64,000 nt of DNA from Candidatus Krumholzibacteriota bacterium (GTDB lineage Bacteria > Krumholzibacteriota > Krumholzibacteriia > LZORAL124-64-63). Under the pieces are notes generated by a model, which was not told the DNA's origin, ran no database searches, and saw only the letters and a program-made list of their open reading frames with translations. Below are positions 18,155 to 27,273 of the stretch, one piece after another. The stretch's first letter is position 1. Every line of letters starts with the position of its first letter. The stretch covers positions 828 through 64,827 of the forward strand of contig JBDLKA010000007.1 in assembly GCA_039714075.1 (NCBI GenBank), read 5' to 3'. The position numbers were made by a program, and so were the translations under genes.

Positions 18155-19879
18155 TTACTCCGTTGAAACCAGGAACTGCTCCAAAACCTTCATGGAACCG
18201 GGCAGCCAACGGCTTGCTACCTCCCCTGCCTTGCTTTCAGGTCCCGAAAGTTCACCCAGGATTTCCCGCAAGAATGTCAGGCCTGCAGGAATATGGGCGA
18301 GGAAGGACCGCTTGCCTTTGACATGCCCCAGGAACCCGTAGGCACCCAGGGCCTGCATGATTCGTTGAAGACCCGCAGCCAGGGCCATGGCCCGGATATC
18401 GGCAGTAATTAAAGAGGTTGCAGGACCGGTGGAAGTGGCGGACACCGCAAACCGGTCCAGAAGTTCGGCGCGCAATCCCTTCTTGAGTACCACGTATGGA
18501 TCCAGCAATAGGGACATAAGATCATAGGTCAGCGGACCCGGCCGCATGCCCTGAAAGTCCACCAGACGGACCCGGCCGTTCTGCAGATGGATGTTCTGTG
18601 ACTGGAAATCGCGATGGATCAGGACCTGAGGCTGGGCGGCCACCCTTCCGGCCAGAGTATGGAATTCCTCGTCGAGGTCTCCAAGCCCGGCCGGGTTCAG
18701 ACCCAGATGCCCAACCAGGAAGTGCTCCCTGAAATAATCCGTTTCCCAGCGCAGGGCGTCATAGTTCAGGCAGCGATCCACCGCGAGGGGGCATCGTGAC
18801 CGGGCAGCTTCGGTGGATGATTGAAGGCCCAGCAGATGATCCACGGTCCGCCGGTAGGCATCGGCGACGGGATCGGACTGACGACCTTTGCTTTGGACCA
18901 GGGAAAACAGGCTGTCCGAACCCACGTCCTCCATCAGCACCGCGTGGTCGGCCTGGGAAACGGACAGCAGGGCCGGTCCGCCCAGGTTTTGACTTTCGAG
19001 AAAACCCGCGATCTGGACGAAGCGGTCGAACTCCTCGTCCTCCCGAGGACTGACCATGGCCACGGCCGACCAGTCCCCGGCCGCCATCCTCCAGAACCTG
19101 CGGTCCGAGCCGTGACCGGTGATGCGATCAAGGCTCATTCCCCGGCAACCGGTGGCCCCGGAGGGCTGGGCGTCGAGGTAGCGGGCCAGCGTGCCCAGGT
19201 CGCTCCACTGGAAATCACCCGGAGCGAATCCCCGGACACTTTCCGGATCGCCGGCCAACGCACGCACCAAGGGATCGATCAGGGAGGAAAAGCCCGGCCC
19301 GATGTCGTCCAGAAGTCGGGAGGAGAAAACGCCGATCCCGGTGTAGGTAAGATTCCGGGACCCGCGGCCGGCAGAGTCATTCGGCTGCCCGGCGATGCTT
19401 ACGATACGGCCCCCCGGGGACAAGACCACCGAATTGACCGCGGACCAGTCGGTCAGCAGCAAAGTGGCCAGCGCGCCTGACCGCAGATGCTCCGCAACCA
19501 GTTCCGGCAAATCGGCATCACAGAGAACATCGCCGTTGTGGAGAAGGAAATTTTCCGCGCCGGACAAAAAATCCCGGGCGCCATGCAGAGCGCCGCCGGT
19601 ACCCAGGATGTCGGCTTCGGGAAACACGGCGAAACGGCTCGCGTCCGGCCTGCGGGCGATGTGGTCCGCCACCAGCGGGCCCAGATGATGGGTGTTGATC
19701 GCAATTTCCCGAATGCCGGTTCCGGCGTCGAAGCCGTCGATGATGTGATCCAGCAGGGGCCGTTCCCCCACCGGAAGCAGGGGTTTGGGAATGTGGTCGG
19801 TGACAGGCACCAGGCGCGTTCCGTAACCGGCGGCCAGAATCATTCCCCGCAGGGCACCGGGTGCGGTCCCGTCATTCAT
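18155..19879 (-). CDS. Bifunctional sugar-1-phosphate nucleotidyltransferase / anomeric sugar kinase (MurU-like N-domain fused to AmgK-like phosphotransferase C-domain)
   Basis: N-terminus 'MILAAGYGTRLVPVTDHIPKPLLPVG' is an NTP-transferase G-x-G-T-R-L motif. The C-half carries APH/choline-kinase-like motifs 'LIHRDFQSQNIHL' and 'VRLVDFQG'. Confidence 0.7.
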   Translation of the reverse strand: MNDGTAPGALRGMILAAGYGTRLVPVTDHIPKPLLPVGERPLLDHIIDGFDAGTGIREIAINTHHLGPLVADHIARRPDASRFAVFPEADILGTGGALHGARDFLSGAENFLLHNGDVLCDADLPELVAEHLRSGALATLLLTDWSAVNSVVLSPGGRIVSIAGQPNDSAGRGSRNLTYTGIGVFSSRLLDDIGPGFSSLIDPLVRALAGDPESVRGFAPGDFQWSDLGTLARYLDAQPSGATGCRGMSLDRITGHGSDRRFWRMAAGDWSAVAMVSPREDEEFDRFVQIAGFLESQNLGGPALLSVSQADHAVLMEDVGSDSLFSLVQSKGRQSDPVADAYRRTVDHLLGLQSSTEAARSRCPLAVDRCLNYDALRWETDYFREHFLVGHLGLNPAGLGDLDEEFHTLAGRVAAQPQVLIHRDFQSQNIHLQNGRVRLVDFQGMRPGPLTYDLMSLLLDPYVVLKKGLRAELLDRFAVSATSTGPATSLITADIRAMALAAGLQRIMQALGAYGFLGHVKGKRSFLAHIPAGLTFLREILGELSGPESKAGEVASRWLPGSMKVLEQFLVSTE

Positions 19880-21053
19880 AGTGCCGGAACTCCGCGGTCA
19901 ATTCGGCGAAAACCGATAGCTGTTCCATCCAGTGGGCCTTCATCTGCCAGGGAGAGAGCCCCTCTTCCACCTGGGTTCGCCAGCTGTCCGTTCCGGCCAG
20001 GATATCGATGGGAAGCTTTTCGGTTTCGTATTCGTAGGGCGGCTGTTTCCAGCCGAAATTTCCAGGCCACAGTTTGCGGATCGCGGCGATGGCCGCGGTA
20101 TAGGTGGGAACCGCCTCGAAGATTCCAGGATCCGTCACATGCACCTGCACGCCGCCACAGACTTCGCCGGCGAACTTGTGGAACGTGGGTTCGAAATGAA
20201 GCGGCCGGATGCGGCAGCCCGGCAAGTTCCAGGCGGTCAGGATTCCCGCCAGTGTCTCGGGATCGACATAGGGAGCCCCGAAGATCTCGAAGGGTCTGGT
20301 GGTGCCGCGGCCTTCGGAAACGGTGGTGCCTTCCAGCAGACATCCCCCCGGATAGACCCAGGCCGTTTCCAGGGTGGGCATGTTCGGCGAAGGCAGCACC
20401 CAGGGCAGCCCCGTGGCGCCGAAGTCCATGTCCCGGTTCCATCCCTCCATCCAGACCACTTCCAGATCGAGGTCGATGGCCAGCCAGCGGACAAAAAACT
20501 CCGCCAGCTCCCCCGCCGTCATTCCGTGCCGCATGGGGATGGGCGCCAGTCCGACAAAGGAACGGTAGCCCGGGTCGAGAACGGTGCCTTCGGTGCGCCG
20601 ACCCCCGATGGGATTGGGACGGTCCAGGATCATGACCTGGATGCCCTTTTCCGCACAGGCTTCCAGGCACAGCAGCATGGTCCAGATGAAGGTGTAGTAG
20701 CGGGCCCCCACATCCTGCAGGTCGATGACCAGGACGTCCAGGTCCTCCAGCATCGCGACGGTGGGTTTGCGGTTTTCCCCGTAAAGGGAATGAACCGCAA
20801 GGCCGCTGCGGCGGTCGGTAAAACCCTCCCACTCGATCATGTTGTCCTGGGTCTGGCCCAGGATACCGTGCTGGGGTCCGAACAGGGTCCGCAGATCGAC
20901 CGGACCGGCTTCCCGCAGCAGGTCGACCGCGTGCCGCAGACGCTGGTCGACGGAGGCCGGATGCACCAGCAGACCGACGCGCCGGCCATTCAGCCGCGCG
21001 AATCCTTCGGCGGCCAACCTGTCCAATCCCGTATTCACTTGTGCCAAAACCAA
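19872..21053 (-). CDS. DUF1343 family protein (NamZ-like exo-beta-N-acetylmuramidase)
   Basis: Full-length similarity to the YzbB/NamZ family (conserved 'DLQDVGARYYTF', 'ILDRPNP', 'PIPMRHGMT', 'GEL' blocks). Adjacent to the MurU/AmgK-like gene. Confidence 0.7.
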   Translation of the reverse strand: MVLAQVNTGLDRLAAEGFARLNGRRVGLLVHPASVDQRLRHAVDLLREAGPVDLRTLFGPQHGILGQTQDNMIEWEGFTDRRSGLAVHSLYGENRKPTVAMLEDLDVLVIDLQDVGARYYTFIWTMLLCLEACAEKGIQVMILDRPNPIGGRRTEGTVLDPGYRSFVGLAPIPMRHGMTAGELAEFFVRWLAIDLDLEVVWMEGWNRDMDFGATGLPWVLPSPNMPTLETAWVYPGGCLLEGTTVSEGRGTTRPFEIFGAPYVDPETLAGILTAWNLPGCRIRPLHFEPTFHKFAGEVCGGVQVHVTDPGIFEAVPTYTAAIAAIRKLWPGNFGWKQPPYEYETEKLPIDILAGTDSWRTQVEEGLSPWQMKAHWMEQLSVFAELTAEFRHYE

Positions 21054-21090
21054 CTCCCGGTCAGTTGTAGTAATCCGGTTTGCAGCCGCC

Positions 21091-21399
21091 TCAGCCGTCC
21101 CACATGCGTTCGTAGGCGGCCAGACGGTCGGCGATCAGCGCCCGGGCCTCTTTTTCGTTCGCCAGGGGACGGATCACCTTCTTCAGGGGCGCGGGATCCT
21201 CGACGATGGCCCAGCCGAGCCGTTTCTTTCCCGGCACCGGCCGGCGGACCAGCAGGATCCGGCCGGACATGTGGGTATCGATATCCTCGACGAGGGGAAA
21301 GGCCTGCGACAGGCCGGGCCAGGACCCCTCGTCCAAGGGAACGATGGTTCCATTGGCCAAACTTACCACCAGCTTTTCGGGGGTCCACTTTTTGGGCAT
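21091..21399 (-). CDS. Small hypothetical protein (102 aa)
   Basis: ORF sits between NamZ-like and GT4 on the same strand. No recognised motifs. Confidence 0.4.
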   Translation of the reverse strand: MPKKWTPEKLVVSLANGTIVPLDEGSWPGLSQAFPLVEDIDTHMSGRILLVRRPVPGKKRLGWAIVEDPAPLKKVIRPLANEKEARALIADRLAAYERMWDG

Positions 21400-21401
21400 C
21401 C

Positions 21402-22562
21402 CTAGCGCCCCTTCCCCGAGGCGAGACTTTCCACGGCCTCGGCCATCCGGTCCCAGGTATATTTTTCCTTCTCGCGGGCGACACCCACGCCAAAATCCGC
21501 GGCCCGGTCCTCGGCGAAGAACCGGATGATCGCGTCGGCCAGGGCCGCCGGATCGTTCGGAGGCACCACGAAGCCGGTCTCGCCGTCGAGCACCACCTCG
21601 GGCAATCCCCCGACCGCCGTCGTCACGACGGGCAGGTCGTAGTTGTAGGCGATCTGGACGATCCCGCTCTGGGTGGCCGAAACGTAGGGCAGAACCACCA
21701 GGTCCGCCGCCAGGAAATAGTCCTCCACAACCTCGTCCGGAACAAACCCGTCTACCAGTTGGATGATATCCGCCGCCCCCGACGCCGCGATGCGGTCCAG
21801 GTAGGGCTGCTTCTCGCCGTAGATGTCCCCCACGATCAAGACCCGGATCCCCTCCCCGAAGCGGGCTTTCAGATCCGCGGCCGCGTCGATCAGATGGACG
21901 ACGCCCTTGTAGGGTTTGATGAACCCGAAAAACAGGACCAGGCGGCCGCCGGCCGGCAGGTCCACCGCCGCCCGCGCCTGCGCCGGGGTCTTGCGGTCCC
22001 GGCCGGGCTTCCCGAAGTCGTACACCGGATGCGGGGTGGTGATGACGGTGTCCGGATCGGTATCCGGCAGCACCGTGAACAGATCATGCCGCACCTGGTC
22101 GCTCTGGGCGATGAAACCGTGGCCCTGCCGTAGCGCCAACCGGGTCAGAAAACGGCCGAAGGGATATTTCTCGTGGGGAATAACGTTGTCCAACAGGTAG
22201 ATGATGCGAATGTCCGTCCGGCGGCGCAACAGCCAGGTCACCCCGAAAAAGCCGGGCGCGAAAAAGGGAATCCAGAACTTGATGACCAACGCCGCGGGCG
22301 CGTTCCGTTTCAGATCGCTGCTGGTGCGCCACCAACTGACCGGGGACCACGGCACGAAGCGGGGCAGGTCGGGGTGATCGAGCCAGGCGGCGGTTTCCCC
22401 TTCCTGCTCGCTGCCGGGAAAGAGGAACCGGGGGTACTGTTTGCGGAAGGAAGACCAGAAAACCTCGTGTCCGCGACCGGTCAGAAAGCGAGCCAGCATG
22501 CCGAAGTAGGTGACGATCCCACCCCGGAAGGGAGGCGCCGGGCCCAGGAAGGCCAGTTTCAC
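21402..22562 (-). CDS. Glycosyltransferase family 4
   Basis: GT4 C-terminal motifs 'VGDIYGEKQPYL', 'ADLVVLPY...SGIVQIA...LPVVTTAVGGLPEVV'. Confidence 0.8.
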   Translation of the reverse strand: MKLAFLGPAPPFRGGIVTYFGMLARFLTGRGHEVFWSSFRKQYPRFLFPGSEQEGETAAWLDHPDLPRFVPWSPVSWWRTSSDLKRNAPAALVIKFWIPFFAPGFFGVTWLLRRRTDIRIIYLLDNVIPHEKYPFGRFLTRLALRQGHGFIAQSDQVRHDLFTVLPDTDPDTVITTPHPVYDFGKPGRDRKTPAQARAAVDLPAGGRLVLFFGFIKPYKGVVHLIDAAADLKARFGEGIRVLIVGDIYGEKQPYLDRIAASGAADIIQLVDGFVPDEVVEDYFLAADLVVLPYVSATQSGIVQIAYNYDLPVVTTAVGGLPEVVLDGETGFVVPPNDPAALADAIIRFFAEDRAADFGVGVAREKEKYTWDRMAEAVESLASGKGR

Positions 22563-23653
22563 GACGTCCCCAGCAGATCGTTGACCGCAGCCAGGGCGGC
22601 CTCCGGCTCGAGGGTCTCCATGCAGAAGGAATCATTGCTGCAGCGGGGCTGGAAAAAACAGGTGCATTCCTGCCGCGGCGCCAGGATGCGGCCCTCTCCG
22701 TACAGTTCGAACTCGTGGGGATTGAAGATGTTGTTGAACAGCACCAGCTTTTTGCCCAGACCAAGAGCGATGTGCATGGCCATGGTCACCGCGCTGACCA
22801 CCAGGTCGCACCGGTCCATCAAACCGATGAAGGTCTTCAAATCGAAATGTCCGGGATAGCAGGCACCGGTCGCGTCGGCCAGGCGCAGGTTTTTCGCATC
22901 CTCCTGGGGCCCGCCCAGCAACACCACGGCATAGCCGGCTTTCTGCAACTGCCCGGCAAGCCGGGCCCAGGACTTCTCCGGCCACAACCGGCTGGTCCAG
23001 CGTCCGCCGCAACCGGTATTCAGACCAATGGTCGCCTTGCCGGAGGGCAGATCGAAGTCCGGCAACGAACCCGGGCGGTCCAGCACATAGGGCTCGCCCT
23101 GGAATTCATACCCGCAGATGGCAAAGATCTCCTGGGGATAGCTCAGGGTGCAGGCCTGGTTCACGTCATCGAACAGGCCGGTCAGGAACTTGGCCTCGGC
23201 CGCGCCCGCCATTGCGGGCGTCACACCCTCGGTCACCGGACGGCAGATCCCGTCGTCCCCCAGGGTGAACCCCAGGCGGCGGTCGGCCGAAATTTCACGG
23301 GCCAGGGCGCAGGCCTGCCGGTCCTTGTCCAGATTGATCACCAGATCAAAAGGCGTCTGCCGCAACCAGACCAGGGTCTCGGTATCCAGTTGAACGGGAT
23401 CGTCCACGACCGCGGGCAACAAATCCGGGAAATCGGTCACCCAGGTCACCAGATGATCGGGGTATTCACGCCGCAGCGGGGCCAACAGGGGCGTGGTGCG
23501 GATCACGTCGCCGGCCGCCCCGAGTTTGATGATCAGTATCCGGCCCGCGCGCAACCGGAAATCCTCGCACCCGTCGCAGTGCACACCCTTTTCCTTGTGG
23601 GGCCGGCAGGGCACATGGCCGCGAAAGTGAAAACAATCGGGACGGAAATTCAC
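22559..23653 (-). CDS. Glycosyltransferase family 9 (heptosyltransferase-like) with N- and C-terminal Cys clusters
   Basis: GTG start with AAGGAA RBS. GT9 motifs 'ILIIKLGAAGDVIRTTPLL', 'GLNTGCGGRWTSRLWP', 'DLVVSAVTMAMHIALGLGKKLV'. Extra Cys clusters 'C-x8-C-x9-CxxC' and 'CxC-x5-C-x5-C'. Confidence 0.8.
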   Translation of the reverse strand: MNFRPDCFHFRGHVPCRPHKEKGVHCDGCEDFRLRAGRILIIKLGAAGDVIRTTPLLAPLRREYPDHLVTWVTDFPDLLPAVVDDPVQLDTETLVWLRQTPFDLVINLDKDRQACALAREISADRRLGFTLGDDGICRPVTEGVTPAMAGAAEAKFLTGLFDDVNQACTLSYPQEIFAICGYEFQGEPYVLDRPGSLPDFDLPSGKATIGLNTGCGGRWTSRLWPEKSWARLAGQLQKAGYAVVLLGGPQEDAKNLRLADATGACYPGHFDLKTFIGLMDRCDLVVSAVTMAMHIALGLGKKLVLFNNIFNPHEFELYGEGRILAPRQECTCFFQPRCSNDSFCMETLEPEAALAAVNDLLGTS

Positions 23654-23683
23654 GTCGGTTGTTCCTTTGGCTGCGTCCGGGCC

Positions 23684-24763
23684 CTACTGGGCGAGGCGCT
23701 TTTCGATTTTCTTGAGATCCTCGCGGGCCTGGACGTCCAGACCGCTCGGCAAACCGTACTTCAGGGCCATGGTGTAGGCCCCCTGGGCCTGCTGGAGGTT
23801 TTCCATCTTCAGATAAAGACGGCCCATGTGGAAATAGATGGTCGCCTCGCTGTCCCGTTGGCGGGTCAGCTGCAGGGCTTTGGTAAAGGCGTCCACCGCC
23901 TCGAAGTTCCGGTCCAGCTGGTCCAGCGCCTGGCCCCGGAGCATTTGCAAACGGCTTTTGGAAGGGGAATCCAGCACGAGATCCCCGTTCAGAAGATCGT
24001 CGCAAACGGTCAGGGCCGATTCACCCTTGCCATCGGCCAACAGCTTTTCGACCCGCGCCACCCCCTGGACAACTTCTTCGGGCAACGGAGCCCGCAGTTC
24101 GGCCAGTTCCATTTTCAAATCCTCTGCCAAGCCACGCATGTCCGGCGGCAGATCACCTATGAGCGCCTCTCGGACCAGGGATTCCGCCCGGGAGTAGAAA
24201 CTCCGGTTCCGTAAAAAGCCGGCCAAAAGAACTTTGGCCACCGCGTCGCTGCCGTCTTCGCTGATGGCCGCTTCGCATTCGGCTTCGGCCTTGAGTCTCT
24301 GGCCGGACCCGAAGGCCTCCAGGGCCCGGTTGACGTGATAGCTGTAGGCGGCGTGAATCTGGTCCCGGGGCGGGCCCAGCAGATCGACCACGAAATTGCC
24401 CTTCCTGTTGCGGTTGGTGACCACGACGATGACCTCTTCGCCCCGGCCCCAGGGCACCAGGACTTCATGACGCTGCTCGTCGGTTTCGTAGTAGAGCAGA
24501 GCTTCGCCCTTGACCCGCAGGACACTCAGATCGCAGTTCATATCCCCGCCGTCGACGACCAGTTTCCAGCTGCGCACCTGGATTTCGTCAAACTCGACGT
24601 GGAACTGAAACGATTCCCGGGGAGCGAGGGTGAAACTCTCGGAGGACCACTTTTCCCACACCCCGTCGCCGGCGACGGCTCCCGCGGCGGAAAAAACAAT
24701 CGCCAGGAATACAGGGACAAAGGTCCGGATCTTGCGGGAAACCCCAAGGCAAGGCCTTTTCAT
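23684..24763 (-). CDS. Secreted TPR-repeat protein
   Basis: Signal peptide 'IRTFVPVFLAIVFSAAGAVA'. C-terminal TPR repeats ('AYSYHVNRALEAFGSGQ', 'ATIYFHMGRLYLKMENLQQAQGAYTMALKY'). Confidence 0.7.
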   Translation of the reverse strand: MKRPCLGVSRKIRTFVPVFLAIVFSAAGAVAGDGVWEKWSSESFTLAPRESFQFHVEFDEIQVRSWKLVVDGGDMNCDLSVLRVKGEALLYYETDEQRHEVLVPWGRGEEVIVVVTNRNRKGNFVVDLLGPPRDQIHAAYSYHVNRALEAFGSGQRLKAEAECEAAISEDGSDAVAKVLLAGFLRNRSFYSRAESLVREALIGDLPPDMRGLAEDLKMELAELRAPLPEEVVQGVARVEKLLADGKGESALTVCDDLLNGDLVLDSPSKSRLQMLRGQALDQLDRNFEAVDAFTKALQLTRQRDSEATIYFHMGRLYLKMENLQQAQGAYTMALKYGLPSGLDVQAREDLKKIEKRLAQ

Positions 24764-24996
24764 GGTGGTCCTTTCAGCCGGCTCGAGGGCATTTCATCCG
24801 GCTGTTGATCAAATGATCAGGATAACTATAATCGTCGGAACGATTATTCCGGGGTCCGAATCGGGGCCCCGCGAGAAATCTACCGGAAGACCGCCGGGAA
24901 CTCAAGCCGCCAACTGCGGCTGTGAGTCGTTCACGAGTCATTGGGAAATCATCTTGAATCCAAGATGCAAGATGCATGATGCCCAGGGAGAGAACG

Positions 24997-26055
24997 ATGA
25001 AAACAGGGAACTATGGGAAACGCCCCGGAAGGACCGCCGCGGCGGCCGCAGCAGCCGGATTGGTCATTTTGGCCTGCGCCTGGCCCGGTCTGGCCCAGAC
25101 TTCGGAGGGGCAGCCCCAGGATCTGCAGTTCGAAGTCATCAACGCCACCACCGGGGAACCCGGAACCGTGGACCGGATGACCGTCGAATACGTTACCGCC
25201 CGTCGGAACAGTGTGGCGGATTTTGAACCCGAGGGGTCCGCCTTCATGGCCCTGGGCGTTCCGGTCATCACCAACGGCAAGTACATCGTCACCGTCTGGA
25301 CCGGCGGTGTTCCCTACTGGTGGAGCAAGCGCGGCCGGGAGTTGGTCGAAGGTCCGGTGGTCCTGCACGTTTTCGACACCGTCAGCAGCCTGGAAGGCGT
25401 TTCCTTTGCGGGCCTGAACCTGGTGGTGCGCCGTCAGGAATCCATCCTGCGCCTGGAATACATGCTGCAGGTCGCCAACGAGGCATCGCCCCAGGTTTCG
25501 GTCTTCGGCAGTCCCGCCACCTTCGAACTGGCCCTGCCCCAGGGCGCGTCGGAAATCACGGCCAGCTACACCCGCGGCCCCGATCCCACGCCCATCCCGG
25601 TGGCTTTTTCCGGAACCACCGGCGGGTTGTCCGTGCCCCTGACCCCGGGCCGGAACCAGATCCGCCTCGAAGCGGTCGTTCCCTGGACCGAGGGCATGGT
25701 GATTCCCGTGGGTTCGGATTTGCCCGTCGATTCCTGGAGTGTCCTGGCCTCGCCGGAATGGCTGGAAATCGGCTCGACCGATGTCGAGGAAAACGACAGT
25801 GACGGGGTCCAGGGCTTCCGCCGCTTCGCGGGCTTTCCCCTGGAGAGCGGTGAAATCGTCGACCTTCGGCTCAATTCCGGTGAACACGGCGCCGGGCCCG
25901 AAGAAAAGCTGTTCGCGAAGGAAGCCCCGGCCGAACAGGAAGACACCGCCGCAGCCGAAACCGCTGACGAGGGCAGCGGAAAACAGCTGCCCTTGATTTT
26001 CCTGCTGGTTCTGATCATCGTGATCATCGTGGCGGTTCGACGCCGCCAAACCTGA
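24997..26055 (+). CDS. Secreted hypothetical protein with C-terminal hydrophobic anchor plus basic tail
   Basis: SD GGGAGAG before ATG 24997. Signal peptide 'MKTGNYGKRPGRTAAAAAAAGLVILACAWPGLAQ'. Acidic low-complexity linker, then 'LPLIFLLVLIIVIIVAVRRRQT*'. Confidence 0.6.
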   Translation: MKTGNYGKRPGRTAAAAAAAGLVILACAWPGLAQTSEGQPQDLQFEVINATTGEPGTVDRMTVEYVTARRNSVADFEPEGSAFMALGVPVITNGKYIVTVWTGGVPYWWSKRGRELVEGPVVLHVFDTVSSLEGVSFAGLNLVVRRQESILRLEYMLQVANEASPQVSVFGSPATFELALPQGASEITASYTRGPDPTPIPVAFSGTTGGLSVPLTPGRNQIRLEAVVPWTEGMVIPVGSDLPVDSWSVLASPEWLEIGSTDVEENDSDGVQGFRRFAGFPLESGEIVDLRLNSGEHGAGPEEKLFAKEAPAEQEDTAAAETADEGSGKQLPLIFLLVLIIVIIVAVRRRQT

Positions 26056-26109
26056 CCCCCATTTTCGGGCCGGGGAGCGTCCTGTTCCCCGGCCGCACGA
26101 GGAGACTCC

Positions 26110-26958
26110 ATGTCCGGAACCATCGACCTGACCCTCGGCCACAGTCCCGACCCCGACGACGCCTTCATGTTCTACGCCCTGGCCAAGGACAAGATGGACA
26201 CCGGGCCCTACCGCTTCACCCACGTCATGGAAGACATCCAGACCCTGAACGAACGGGCCACCCGCGGCGAGCTGGACATCACCGCCATCAGCATCCACGC
26301 CTACGCCTACGTGCTGGACAAGTACGCCCTGCTGCCCGCCGGCGCCAGCATGGGCTTCGGCTACGGCCCCATGGTCGTCGCCAAGGAAAAGATCACCCCG
26401 GCCGACCTGTCGGGCATGACCATCGCCATCCCCGGCAGGATGACCTCGGCCTACCTGGAGCTGCAGCTGGCCATCGGACAGTTCGAGGCCGTCCACGTGC
26501 CCTTCGATGAAATCATCCCCCGGGTCGCCGCGGGAGAATTTCCCGCCGGCCTGATCATCCACGAGGGCCAGCTCACCTATCAGGATGCCGGTCTCGCCGA
26601 ATGCATCAATCTGGGACAGTGGTGGTGGGAAACCACCGGCCGCAAGGACTGGCCGCTGCCGTTGGGCGGCAACGCCATCCACAAGAAACACGGCGACAAG
26701 ATGAAGGACATCAGCGACATCCTGACCGGCAGCATCAAGTACAGCCTGGAGAACCGGCAGGCGGCCCTGGACTACGCCCTGGGCTGGGCGCGGGACATGG
26801 GCCTGGAACTGGCCGACGAATTCGTGGGCATGTACGTGAACGACTGGACGCTGGATTACGGCGACCGGGGCCGTGATTCCATCCGGGAACTTCTCAAGCG
26901 GGGGCACGCGGCGGGATTGATTCCCGAAGTGAAGGAACTGGAGTTCGTCGCCGGCTGA
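26110..26958 (+). CDS. Menaquinone (futalosine pathway) MqnA/MqnD-family protein
   Basis: N-terminal 'LTLGHSPDPDDAFMFYAL' matches the PF02621 family start ('LG.SPC.ND.F.FYAL'). ~280 aa periplasmic-binding-protein-like fold family. Confidence 0.6.
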   Translation: MSGTIDLTLGHSPDPDDAFMFYALAKDKMDTGPYRFTHVMEDIQTLNERATRGELDITAISIHAYAYVLDKYALLPAGASMGFGYGPMVVAKEKITPADLSGMTIAIPGRMTSAYLELQLAIGQFEAVHVPFDEIIPRVAAGEFPAGLIIHEGQLTYQDAGLAECINLGQWWWETTGRKDWPLPLGGNAIHKKHGDKMKDISDILTGSIKYSLENRQAALDYALGWARDMGLELADEFVGMYVNDWTLDYGDRGRDSIRELLKRGHAAGLIPEVKELEFVAG

Positions 26959-27006
26959 GCCGCCGTTTCCGGCCGGAAACATCAATCGGTTTCGAAGCAC
27001 ATATCA

Positions 27007-27044
27007 GCGGGGCGGGATTCGTTTTCCCGCCCCGCCTACTTTTC
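27007..27044 (+). terminator. Intrinsic terminator between convergent genes
   Basis: GCGGGGCGGGA-ttcgtt-TCCCGCCCCGC followed by CTACTTTTCC. Confidence 0.5.
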
Positions 27045-27188
27045 CAGAAGCCCCACCAGTTTCGGCAGGAACAGGATGATCGCCAGGATGATCAGCAGGG
27101 GAATCACCCAGGTTCGCAGGGGCCTCTTTTTATGGTGGTGCTCGATCAGACGCCTGCGGGGTTCTTCCTGTTTGTCGTCGTCTGACAC
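27036..27188 (-). CDS. Candidate small single-TM protein (50 aa, GTG start) downstream of the CPBP protease. Not in the ORF track.
   Basis: SD GGGAGG 5 nt before GTG at 27188. Translation 'VSDDDKQEEPRRRLIEHHHKKRPLRTWVIPLLIILAIILFLPKLVGLLEK*'. Confidence 0.3.
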   Translation of the reverse strand: MSDDDKQEEPRRRLIEHHHKKRPLRTWVIPLLIILAIILFLPKLVGLLEK

Positions 27189-27273
27189 GGCTCACCTCCC
27201 GGGTTGGACGTTCACTTTGAACCAGCATGCCATTTCCCTTTCCGGATGCCAAGCCCCGGTTCCGGACGAATGG

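Noticed and set aside
19932-22133. 733-aa + strand ORF (and similar long ORFs 24949..27000 -, 31958..35170 +, 35192..36571 +, 41302..42939 -, 55572..57599 -, 16137..17399 +, 7038..8327 +)
   Set aside because: They lie antisense to genes with clear family signatures. Their translations are R/G/P/H-rich low-complexity typical of high-GC reverse-frame artefacts. They lack RBS or signal-peptide logic.
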